Shown piece by piece: positions 1-7,736 of a stretch of DNA of 29,194 nt; the first letter of the stretch is position 1; each line of letters opens with the position of its first letter. The stretch lies in the NCBI GenBank assembly GCA_048941015.1, contig JBHLNZ010000039.1, positions 1-29,194 of the forward strand, in the 5' to 3' direction. This DNA comes from Promethearchaeota archaeon (GTDB lineage: Archaea; Asgardarchaeota; Lokiarchaeia; Sigyniarchaeales; SOKP01). The notes under the pieces were generated by a model, which made no database searches, was not told the DNA's origin, and saw nothing but the letters and a program-made list of their open reading frames with translations. The position numbers were made by a program, and so were the translations under genes.

Positions 1-117
1 TCCGTCTGGATAAAAATTATACCGTCAAATATCATTTCGACATTTGGTGTTGGTGTTAAGTTATTAGATATGAGAAACCCTGAGAAAGCAAGAAACTTAG
101 TAAATTTGAGCGTTTAG
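1..117 (+). CDS. 3' end of a CDS running in from the left edge (SVWIKIIPSNIISTFGVGVKLLDMRNPEKARNLVNLSV*); possibly the C-terminus of a pyridoxamine-oxidase-like split-barrel protein
   Basis: Frame 1 is open from base 1 to TAG at 115-117 with protein-like composition. The family guess rests only on the 'WIKIIP..I' strand pattern. Confidence 0.55.
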   Translation, partial: SVWIKIIPSNIISTFGVGVKLLDMRNPEKARNLVNLSV

Positions 118-195
118 TATCAAAATCGACTTAAATCACTAATTGATAATAGTTTTTAATAATTTTCATCATTATATTGATGATCTGATTACAAA

Positions 196-433
196 ACTTC
201 GGATGGGGGCTACCCGAAACAATAAGTTCTTAGTATCCCAAAACAAATCAAATTTAACGAGAGCGTATAATATGATTGAAGAAACCTGTAAGACCATGGG
301 AGCGTTACAGGGCAGGATGTCAAAAAGCCAAGCAAGGCGGGATAAGATGAAAGAGATGAATCCAGGTAATGTTTCAATTCCAAACCCTTCAATGGCGTCT
401 GAAGACAGAATTTTTAACCAAATTCTTTTTTTT
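196..433 (+). ncRNA. Candidate structured non-coding RNA between convergent genes
   Basis: Locally GC-enriched island in AT-rich intergenic DNA. Hairpins: TTCGG..CCGAA (198-218), CCTGTAA..TTACAGG (285-311), GTC-TGAA-GAC (397-406). An AT-rich TATA-like tract lies upstream (~152-165) and a T-tract follows (~424-433). No known family was recognised. Confidence 0.3.
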
Positions 434-524
434 AATTATTCAGCTTTTTGCTTTAAAAATTAAATATGAAATAAATTGATTAAATAAATATTTAAAAAAT
501 CTATCGTAGAACGATTATAAGGCT

Positions 525-547
525 AAAAGAAAAAAAAAGAAAAAAAA
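525..547 (-). terminator. Oligo-T archaeal terminator candidate for the 588-1094 gene
   Basis: A-rich tract on + (T tract on -) about 40 nt past the stop codon. Confidence 0.45.
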
Positions 548-587
548 TTTGATTGACATTCATATTTAAAATTATTAATTAGCGTCT

Positions 588-1094
588 TTATGGGATATAT
601 GTTTGAACGATTAGAGTGCTATAAAGAATTCCATTACTTGAAGAAGTTCCAGTGATACAGACCGTTATATTATGAGAACCTGCGGATATTATTGTTGCTA
701 TTTGAAGCGTTACCGAATTGTATTGAGTTCCACTATCAATAGAAAAAATGAGTTCGGGATAAGTTGGAGGACCCTTTTTTAACCCATCTAAAACAAAGTT
801 AAACCTAATTGCTGGAGGCGTCCCTCCAGTTAAAATAGCATAGGTATTAAAAAGAAAATATACCGATTCTCCTGAGTTTACTGTAAAATTAATTGTAAGG
901 TCATCTATAACAATATCAACACCAGGAGGGTCAGTTGCATAACCAGTTTGATTATAGTTAAACCATGTATTTTGAATTCCAAAATTATTATCAACGATAG
1001 GTGCTTGGGGAACAATTAGGGTATAAACTCCTAATCCTAAACCTGATAACCCTACTAAAAGAGCTAAAATACCTAATCCCTTTCCATTTGACAT
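588..1094 (-). CDS. Membrane-anchored/secreted beta-sandwich protein (C1q/TNF/BclA-CTD-like), GLGLG-anchor family; paralog of 11149-11661
   Basis: N-terminal hydrophobic MSNGKGLGILALLVGLSGLGLGVY; beta-rich body; N-glycosylation sequons NQT, NFT, NIT. Shares motifs with 11149 (ESVYF, F..DG, TLQ, G.HN.TV.I.GTS, L.VQ). AGGT RBS-like site upstream. Confidence 0.85.
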   Translation of the reverse strand: MSNGKGLGILALLVGLSGLGLGVYTLIVPQAPIVDNNFGIQNTWFNYNQTGYATDPPGVDIVIDDLTINFTVNSGESVYFLFNTYAILTGGTPPAIRFNFVLDGLKKGPPTYPELIFSIDSGTQYNSVTLQIATIISAGSHNITVCITGTSSSNGILYSTLIVQTYIP

Positions 1095-1353
1095 GATATT
1101 TACCTTTTTAAATTTGATACATTTTAGTATCTTTTACATCTATTTAAATGTAGGTGAAGGTAGACTTAATTTGAAACAAGAGCTTTTATATAAAAAAATA
1201 GTGTTGAAACGACCTATCGTAACTAAAATGTTAAGTTTTATATTGAAGCAAGAAATTTAGTTAAGCTAACTTTTTAATTTCGAAAGCTTATTAAGATCAG
1301 TAGGAGATGATATTCTTTAATGAATTTCATTCTCAAAATGAAATTAATTTAGA

Positions 1354-2037
1354 TTATTCTTTGCTTAATTCAATTTTTAACCAAATTGGTAAATTTGCTA
1401 ACGTAATCTTATTAATCGAAAATTTATTTTCGAATAAAGATTTGTTTAATATACTTTTTAGTTCATTTATATCGTATGTCATTTTAAGTTGCTTATTTAA
1501 AAAGTATGGAACAAATTTTCGATTAAAGAATCCTTCATTAGAAAGATTTTTTTTAATTTCTTTTTTAAGATTTGATTTATCGTATGCTTTATGAGACTCA
1601 AACAATATAGCAGTTTTCTTTGGCTTTAATATACGATGAATCTCGTTTAGAGCATCAATTGGAGCGTTCCATAGATAAAGACTTCCTGTACATGTTATAA
1701 GGTCAAAATAATTACTCTTATAATTAGTATTTGTAATATTCCCTTGTTTTAAATCAACTTTTATATTTTTAAGGTTAGATTTCGCAAGAGCGATCATCTT
1801 TTCTGAAATATCAAGCCCATATAACTCAATTTTAGGATTTAATTTATTAATTTCGATTAATAATCTTCCATGTCCCGTTCCAATATCTAGCAAAGCACCT
1901 TCATTTATCTGTTGTAATAAAAGTTCAGCAATTTGCCTTCTTTGGATCTGCATTGGTTCTAATTGCATCATATTATCGTATAATTTAGCGGCAAATTTTG
2001 GTAATGAAGTGAAGCTTTTTTCTCCACGATTATTCAT
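1354..2037 (-). CDS. Class I SAM-dependent methyltransferase
   Basis: Motif I LLDIGTGHG, post-I GLDIS..MI..A, motif II YFDLITC, motif III EIHRILKP. Confidence 0.92.
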   Translation of the reverse strand: MNNRGEKSFTSLPKFAAKLYDNMMQLEPMQIQRRQIAELLLQQINEGALLDIGTGHGRLLIEINKLNPKIELYGLDISEKMIALAKSNLKNIKVDLKQGNITNTNYKSNYFDLITCTGSLYLWNAPIDALNEIHRILKPKKTAILFESHKAYDKSNLKKEIKKNLSNEGFFNRKFVPYFLNKQLKMTYDINELKSILNKSLFENKFSINKITLANLPIWLKIELSKE

Positions 2038-2176
2038 AAATTAAATATAAAGCAATCGTACAATTAAAAGTATCCGGTGAATCATTTCCCAAAGGATTTA
2101 TTTTTCTTAAACCATAAGTATTTAAATCTAGACGCATGTTAAAATCTAATTAAGAGAATAGAAATTATCTATTATA

Positions 2177-3055
2177 GTGAAGAGTTTGAAGTTAAAAGGA
2201 ATAGATAAATTTCGAGAAAAGCTACCAATATTTTCTGGGAAAAAAATAATTATTTTACCGATATATTGTTTTTTAGTTTTTAGCTTTAGTTTAATAATTC
2301 AACTCTATTTTGATTTAATACCATCTATTATTCCTGTTAACGGCGCATTGGGATATTTTATTATTATTTTTCCAGTTTTAGGAGTGATTTTAATGGGTTC
2401 TGTTGGGTTCTTTTTAGTATATCAAATGTGGTATAATCGAGATCGTTTAAAAGCGAAGTATGGTCAATTATCATATCAAAGAATATTTTTTGTAGGATTT
2501 GGAGGGGTTGTCATTATCTTTAGCATTGTTATAAATAACTTAATACCTTTTTATAAGTTGGATCTCACCTTTTGGTCTCAATTTCCCTTCTCAATATTTA
2601 CAACTCCTCTAACATCGTATTTTACTTTAATTTCTCCATTTCTTAGAGAAATACGCTTTTTTTTAGGAGTTTTTTTTTGTATTTTAGGAATTATAACGAT
2701 GGTTCGAGCGGTAGAAACTTTTGGTTTTGATTACATGGCTGTAATTTACCTTTATTTCCCCGAAGAGAGTGAATTAGAAGATCATAAAATTTATTCGATA
2801 TTACGACACCCAGTATATAGTGGAATCATATTGCTTTGTCTTGGTGGAATGATTATCCAACTTACTCCTTATTCAATTATATTCTTTCTCATATTATATT
2901 TTGGTATGTATATTCATATTCATTTTGTAGAAGATAAAGAATTGACTAATCGATTTGGGGATTCATATAAAGAGTATAGAAAAACGGTCCCTGCTTTTTT
3001 TGTACGTTTAAAAAACTGGGGTCAATTTTTTAAATTTATTCTTGGAAAAGAGTAG
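2177..3055 (+). CDS. ICMT/PEMT-family integral membrane methyltransferase (long form)
   Basis: Multiple TM helices; IYSILRHPVYSG motif; C-terminal ED.EL..RFGDSY.EYRKTVPAFF. Confidence 0.88.
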   Translation: MKSLKLKGIDKFREKLPIFSGKKIIILPIYCFLVFSFSLIIQLYFDLIPSIIPVNGALGYFIIIFPVLGVILMGSVGFFLVYQMWYNRDRLKAKYGQLSYQRIFFVGFGGVVIIFSIVINNLIPFYKLDLTFWSQFPFSIFTTPLTSYFTLISPFLREIRFFLGVFFCILGIITMVRAVETFGFDYMAVIYLYFPEESELEDHKIYSILRHPVYSGIILLCLGGMIIQLTPYSIIFFLILYFGMYIHIHFVEDKELTNRFGDSYKEYRKTVPAFFVRLKNWGQFFKFILGKE

Positions 3056-3164
3056 TTTTTAATGTTCATTTGCTCATTTCCGTTTACATTTTTTTAATTA
3101 AATATAAAAATTTGCAGATATTACTCCATTTAATTATAATTTATTACTTAAGAAGCGAAAAACA

Positions 3165-3773
3165 TTGGTTGTAATTGCAGCAATCAATTTTGTTATAATG
3201 TTAAGCACTTTTTTTATAATGGGATATACTTATACTATAAGTATTCAACCTATGAAGCGTTCGGAAAAATATGGTGATAAAGCTTGGGCAGATTGTAAAA
3301 AATTCCGTTCAATCGGTGGAATAGCTGAGTTTATATCTATAGGTAATTTGATCCTGTGGATTTGGTTTCCATTACCTTTAGTAGATGAGTGGATTATTAG
3401 CTCAAATATCTGGATAGGGATCATTATAGGGATTTGTATCTTGATACCATGTACTTACCTTCTGATAAGAGGAATGAAAGATGCTGGATCTGAAACTTTA
3501 AGCCCTTCTAAAGAAACTAAAATGTATGGAGGGATATATAATTATATTAGGCATCCCCAAACCCTCGGTGAGTTTCCGATGTTTCCTGCTCTAGGCTTTA
3601 TATTTAATTCTTGGTTCTTAGTAATAATCTCGTCAATTTTTATTATTATATATGCTCCAATCATGATTCATTATGAAGAAAAAGATTTGCTAAAAAGATT
3701 TGGAGAAAAATACATGGAATACAAAAAACGAACAGGTATCTTAATTCCAAAATTAAGAAAAAAGGCAAAATAA
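3165..3773 (+). CDS. ICMT/PEMT-family integral membrane methyltransferase
   Basis: GGIYNYIRHPQ and EEKDLLKRFGEKYMEYKKRTGILIP motifs; about 5 TM helices. Confidence 0.9.
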   Translation: MVVIAAINFVIMLSTFFIMGYTYTISIQPMKRSEKYGDKAWADCKKFRSIGGIAEFISIGNLILWIWFPLPLVDEWIISSNIWIGIIIGICILIPCTYLLIRGMKDAGSETLSPSKETKMYGGIYNYIRHPQTLGEFPMFPALGFIFNSWFLVIISSIFIIIYAPIMIHYEEKDLLKRFGEKYMEYKKRTGILIPKLRKKAK

Positions 3774-3790
3774 TTAAATTAAAAATCAGG

Positions 3791-4213
3791 ATGAGAGAAT
3801 TAATGATTAAAAAAAATAAGTGGTTATTTGCAGCTTCGATTTGTATGTTGTTTTATTCTATTCTCGAGTTATCAGATAGTGTTATAATTATCCTAATGGC
3901 TCTAAATGTAATACCTAACCTTTATTTAGTCTTTGAATTTACTGTTCCTATTATACAGCAATTATTAGAATCCCAACCACTAACACTGGCACCAATTTTC
4001 TGGGCATTTACCTTAATGCGAGTTATTTCCACAATAGGTCTTTTTAGGAATCTATTATGGGGTTTATATCTTGGATTGATTAGTCTTATTTTAACAATGA
4101 TACTCACAGTTTTATTTCTGCCTTTTGGAAGTTTTGAACTTCTTGCATGTAGCATAATCCTTATCCTTCTTATAGTTGGATATTATGAGAATAAACCAAT
4201 TATAAATAATTAA
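3791..4213 (+). CDS. Hypothetical 4-TM membrane protein
   Basis: Hydrophobic 140-aa ORF starting 17 nt after the ICMT-family stop on the same strand, so probably co-transcribed. Confidence 0.78.
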   Translation: MRELMIKKNKWLFAASICMLFYSILELSDSVIIILMALNVIPNLYLVFEFTVPIIQQLLESQPLTLAPIFWAFTLMRVISTIGLFRNLLWGLYLGLISLILTMILTVLFLPFGSFELLACSIILILLIVGYYENKPIINN

Positions 4214-4265
4214 AGAATAAATAGAATTGATAAAATTGAGTAAATTTATTTAATGCAAAATTAGG

Positions 4266-4805
4266 TTAATTATTATTTTTATGAAGTAAGACTATAGTTA
4301 TTAGATTTGCTAAGTTTGAGAAATCAGTAGTCTCTGGATTATCATTTTGAGCATCCCAACCAAAGAGCATTTTTGCTGCCTTACCATATTTCGATACATA
4401 CCATTTCATAATTGTCATTTTTTGGTTTATATCTGAGACATACTCTATTCGAGGTTTGAAATGATGAAATCCACGTATTACGGATATATCGTCAGGGTTT
4501 GCCCTCATATTTTTTATCCAAGTTGCATTCTCTCCTCTTGCAGCAAAGATAGTGATCGTTCCTTCATATCTTCTGTATTCTAATGGAGTTCTTCTCGTTT
4601 TTCCTGTTTTCCATCCTTTTGTCTTTAAAATCAGAAAAATCTTTCCGAATCCAAATAAAGGCAATATCCTTGCTCTATACAAAGGGATCATCAAATATTT
4701 ATTTAGGTTTCTCCATCTTTTTAAAGTTTTATTTTTAGATACTTCATCTTTGTAATGAAAATTAAACATTACTGATCCAGGACGCGGTAATTTTTCTTTA
4801 TTCAT
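4266..4805 (-). CDS. Deazaflavin (F420)-dependent oxidoreductase, nitroreductase/Ddn (FDOR-A) family
   Basis: LILKTKGWKTGKTRRTPL and W..N.RANP signature; GAGGT RBS just upstream of the ATG. Confidence 0.88.
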   Translation of the reverse strand: MNKEKLPRPGSVMFNFHYKDEVSKNKTLKRWRNLNKYLMIPLYRARILPLFGFGKIFLILKTKGWKTGKTRRTPLEYRRYEGTITIFAARGENATWIKNMRANPDDISVIRGFHHFKPRIEYVSDINQKMTIMKWYVSKYGKAAKMLFGWDAQNDNPETTDFSNLANLITIVLLHKNNN

Positions 4806-4890
4806 TTTAACCTCACTTGATTGAGATATTACTATTTATGATTTTTAAACGAATTTATTCTTTTAAATTTACTATAAATGATAGATCACA

Positions 4891-5982
4891 TTATTTTATT
4901 TTGAGGCATTGAGCCAAACATCTTTTGACACAAGCATTACAATTTATACATTTCTCACGATTTGTTAAGTCAACTTTCTTATCTTTTTCATTAAATAGAT
5001 ATAAATTCCTAGGACATACTTCTATACATACTTTGCATCCAATACATTCATCTCTCTCGATATTTATTTGACCATAGGGTTGTAATTTATATTCACCAAA
5101 CAAAAACTTCATTTTCTCATCACCTTTCTTCCAAGTTTTTGCTCCTAATTCACTTTTATAAATTGGAGTTAGTCCATGAAAATCTTCTGCCATAACCAAA
5201 GTAATTAAAAGTGAAAAGACTATGTTCCAAATTAGATAAAGAAGATTAATTATGATTATTAAGTTAAATAGAACTATTAAAAGGAGGAATATCCCCTCAT
5301 AAATCCAAACTTTTATTTTTCCTGTTTTTGTAGGAATGCTAGGCAAAATCAACATAGTTCCATAAATTATAATAACAAAAATTAAAATGGTATCTAAATA
5401 AAGAATTATATTCAAAATTGGTAAAAATATAGCAACAATCCAATAGATAACGGAAGCTAAAAGAGTTAAAATAAAGAAATATAATGTAGCCATTTCAATT
5501 CTGTTAGAGACGGGAAATCTTATTGTTCTTTGTGCCTTTGATTTATTATATTTTTGACTTATATAAGAGGGGATATCTTTAGCGTACACAGGTCCAAATT
5601 TTACATCCCACCCCGTCTTTTTTTTAATGATAAGGGGATCCATTCCAGGAGCACTTAATTGAGGTAAAATTAGAGTTCTATGTGACACAAGAAGATCAAT
5701 TCCACTGGTTTTTATAATTGACAAGACAGAATCAGTATTAAAATCGTCTCCACAGGCTCCACACCATACATTAATTCCCCTGGAAGGAGCAATTAATAAA
5801 TAACAATCGAGGTTTTTTATTGCCTTTAGAACTCTTTTTACAGTTAAAATAAAATTACATGTTAATAAAACTGGACTTTCACTTGTAGGATTTCCAACTT
5901 TTATAAGAGTTGGTTCTATCGGAAATCCAGTCCATCTTAAGAAATAACTTAGAAATAAGTGTATTGATTTTTTAATCTTCAT
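4891..5982 (-). CDS. HgcAB-like fusion protein: corrinoid-binding domain + ~4 TM + 2[4Fe-4S] ferredoxin
   Basis: GNP..ESPVLLT.N...TV, cap region GINVWCGACG (HgcA consensus G(I/V)NVWCAAGK), HRTLILPQLSAPG, GW.VKFGPVYAKDIP.Y, TM block ending DFHGLTP, CIGCKVCIEVCP and CINCNACVKRC. The ATG at 5982 follows an AGGTG RBS and is preferred over the GTG at 5991. Confidence 0.92.
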   Translation of the reverse strand: MKIKKSIHLFLSYFLRWTGFPIEPTLIKVGNPTSESPVLLTCNFILTVKRVLKAIKNLDCYLLIAPSRGINVWCGACGDDFNTDSVLSIIKTSGIDLLVSHRTLILPQLSAPGMDPLIIKKKTGWDVKFGPVYAKDIPSYISQKYNKSKAQRTIRFPVSNRIEMATLYFFILTLLASVIYWIVAIFLPILNIILYLDTILIFVIIIYGTMLILPSIPTKTGKIKVWIYEGIFLLLIVLFNLIIIINLLYLIWNIVFSLLITLVMAEDFHGLTPIYKSELGAKTWKKGDEKMKFLFGEYKLQPYGQINIERDECIGCKVCIEVCPRNLYLFNEKDKKVDLTNREKCINCNACVKRCLAQCLKIK

Positions 5983-6065
5983 TTTAGGCACCTTAATGTT
6001 AAATAATTTATCACTTTATTAAAAGAAGATATCAAAATGAATGAAATATTTATCAGATAGAATTT

Positions 6066-6725
6066 TTAAAGCTTTTTTTTTAATCTAAATAACTTTAAAG
6101 TGTCTAATAGATAATATTTTTCTTCAATTAAAGAAAAATTATACCCATCAAGCCGTTCTTCTATATTTTTTAAAGATCTAGTGGTTAATTGTGACTTAAA
6201 ATATGTAATAATTGCTAAGGGAATTCTAACAAAAAAATACACAATTTTCTTCCAAATTTTCTGAGGTTTAACCTCATCAACTAAAATGAATTCTCCGTCA
6301 TCCTTTAATTTTTTATAGATTTGTTTCAAGCAGAAATTTTGTTCATCTTGATAAAATTCACTAAATGATAAAATAGCTGTTATTTTATCAAAAGATTTAT
6401 CAGTAAATTGTACATCTAATTCAATAACCGGCATTTTAATAATTTGGATATTGTCTTTTAGTCCTTCTAATTCAATATTCTTTTTTGCTACCTCAAGCAT
6501 TTTTTCCGAATAGTCGATACCGATAACCTTTGCCCCTTTTTTAGCACATAGAATGGCAAATGTTCCTGTACCCATACCAATATCTAAAAGGATATCATTC
6601 TTAAGTACCAATTTATCTGAGATATATCTTTTGATTTTTTGTAAGCGCCCTAATGTTAAATAATTAATTCCTTTATCATATTTTTCGGCCTTCTTTTCCA
6701 ATGCTTTCATATAAACATATGACAT
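6066..6725 (-). CDS. cpaM: Corrinoid protein-associated SAM methyltransferase (CpaM-like)
   Basis: N-terminus SYVYMKALE....YDKGI..LTLG as recalled for CpaM; LLDIGMGTG, GIDYS..ML, SFDKI, FSE, DEV.P. Lies directly upstream of the HgcAB-like gene. Confidence 0.8.
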   Translation of the reverse strand: MSYVYMKALEKKAEKYDKGINYLTLGRLQKIKRYISDKLVLKNDILLDIGMGTGTFAILCAKKGAKVIGIDYSEKMLEVAKKNIELEGLKDNIQIIKMPVIELDVQFTDKSFDKITAILSFSEFYQDEQNFCLKQIYKKLKDDGEFILVDEVKPQKIWKKIVYFFVRIPLAIITYFKSQLTTRSLKNIEERLDGYNFSLIEEKYYLLDTLKLFRLKKKL

Positions 6726-6841
6726 TTCTAAAAATACCGCCTATAGAAATAATTTCTTTTTAATAACTTATAAATTTCATATGTCTTGACTCTTAAATTT
6801 TTCTTGAGGAAAAAAGATAGACAAAAGAGAGAAAGTTTTTA

Positions 6842-6862
6842 TAATAAACTGTAAGTTTATTA
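6842..6862. promoter_or_regulatory. Inverted repeat TAATAAACT-gta-AGTTTATTA in the divergent cpaM / GTPase intergenic region; candidate operator
   Basis: Perfect 9-bp arms with a 3-nt spacer. It is AT-rich, so it could occur by chance. Confidence 0.3.
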
Positions 6863-6945
6863 CTTACACTATTTTGTAAAAAAAAATATAAATTAGAGCA
6901 TTAGAATCAAATCTAATTAAAGTTCTAAAGAGGGAATAATAGAGA

Positions 6946-7644
6946 TTGATTAGAAGGGGTGAGATTGATTACCTTTGTCTTAAAATTGCCCAGATAAAGT
7001 CCAAGAAACAAGAGTCTGGGTTATCTGAGCCATATCCTGAAGCAATCCCTAGAAAAGTAGAAGAAATACCAGAAATACAATATGATGCTACATTTAAAAT
7101 AGTTATATTTGGTGATCCTGGGGTACATAAACAAGGATTAACTGAAAAATTTTTAACAAATACACTTAGCTCGGATTCCACATCGACAATTGGAGTGGAT
7201 CTTAAAGTAAAGGGCATTAAAATTGATGGAAACAAGGTTAAATTAGAAATTTGGGATTTTGGTGGTGAGGAGCGATTTAAATTTTTGCTACCTATATATG
7301 CACGAGGAGCTAAGGGAGGTTTTTTCATTTATGATATCAAGAATTCTTCATCCCTTGCTCATATTGAAGATTGGTTAACTCTTGTTTGGAGAAAAATTAA
7401 TATAGAGAAACATTTTCCGATTATAATGGTAGGGATTATGCATGATGACGAGAATGAACGACAGATTTCAGCAGAAGCGGCTATAGAAATCGCTAAGTCA
7501 AAGGATATAGATGGTTTTATTGAATGTAATATTAATACAGGTGAAAATGTTGAAGAAGCTTTTGAGCAATTGACCAAATTGATGCTTGACAATGAAAGGG
7601 AAAAATTTAGTGAAGAATTACGTGAAATCAGTGATTTATTATAA
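6946..7644 (+). CDS. Rab/Ras-like small GTPase with degenerate nucleotide-binding motifs
   Basis: FKIVIFGDPGVHKQ (G1), TIGVD (switch I), LEIWDFGGEERF (G3), GFFIYDI, VGIMHD (G4 degenerate), ECNINTGENVEEAF (G5 degenerate). The TTG start is uncertain. Confidence 0.9.
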   Translation: MIRRGEIDYLCLKIAQIKSKKQESGLSEPYPEAIPRKVEEIPEIQYDATFKIVIFGDPGVHKQGLTEKFLTNTLSSDSTSTIGVDLKVKGIKIDGNKVKLEIWDFGGEERFKFLLPIYARGAKGGFFIYDIKNSSSLAHIEDWLTLVWRKINIEKHFPIIMVGIMHDDENERQISAEAAIEIAKSKDIDGFIECNINTGENVEEAFEQLTKLMLDNEREKFSEELREISDLL

Positions 7645-7736
7645 TTATACAGAAAGGAAAATTATTTGTAATCTCCTTAGTAAAACACGATAATAAATAA
7701 AAAGGGATCTGAGTTAACGCAATAATTATTTGATAA

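Noticed and set aside
371-406. CRISPR array
   Set aside because: Only one repeat-like unit, no regularly spaced copies and no cas genes in the window.
196-420. RNase P RNA or SRP RNA identity for the GC-rich island (CAGG...AGCAAG and ACAGAA motifs)
   Set aside because: It lacks the RNase P GAGGAA(A/G)(G/U)UCC/P4 pairing and the SRP helix-8 GNRA stem spacing; the matches are too partial.
143-463. 106-aa ORF (+) and overlapping 60-aa ORF 210-392 (-)
   Set aside because: No recognisable motifs or RBS, and the ends run through AT-rich promoter- and terminator-like tracts. A structured RNA explains the region better, though a short peptide is not excluded.
4891-5991. Calling the locus a bona fide mercury methylation hgcA/hgcB pair
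   Set aside because: Fused architecture, altered cap motif and no HgcB-type terminal cysteine pair; fused homologues are not established Hg methylators.
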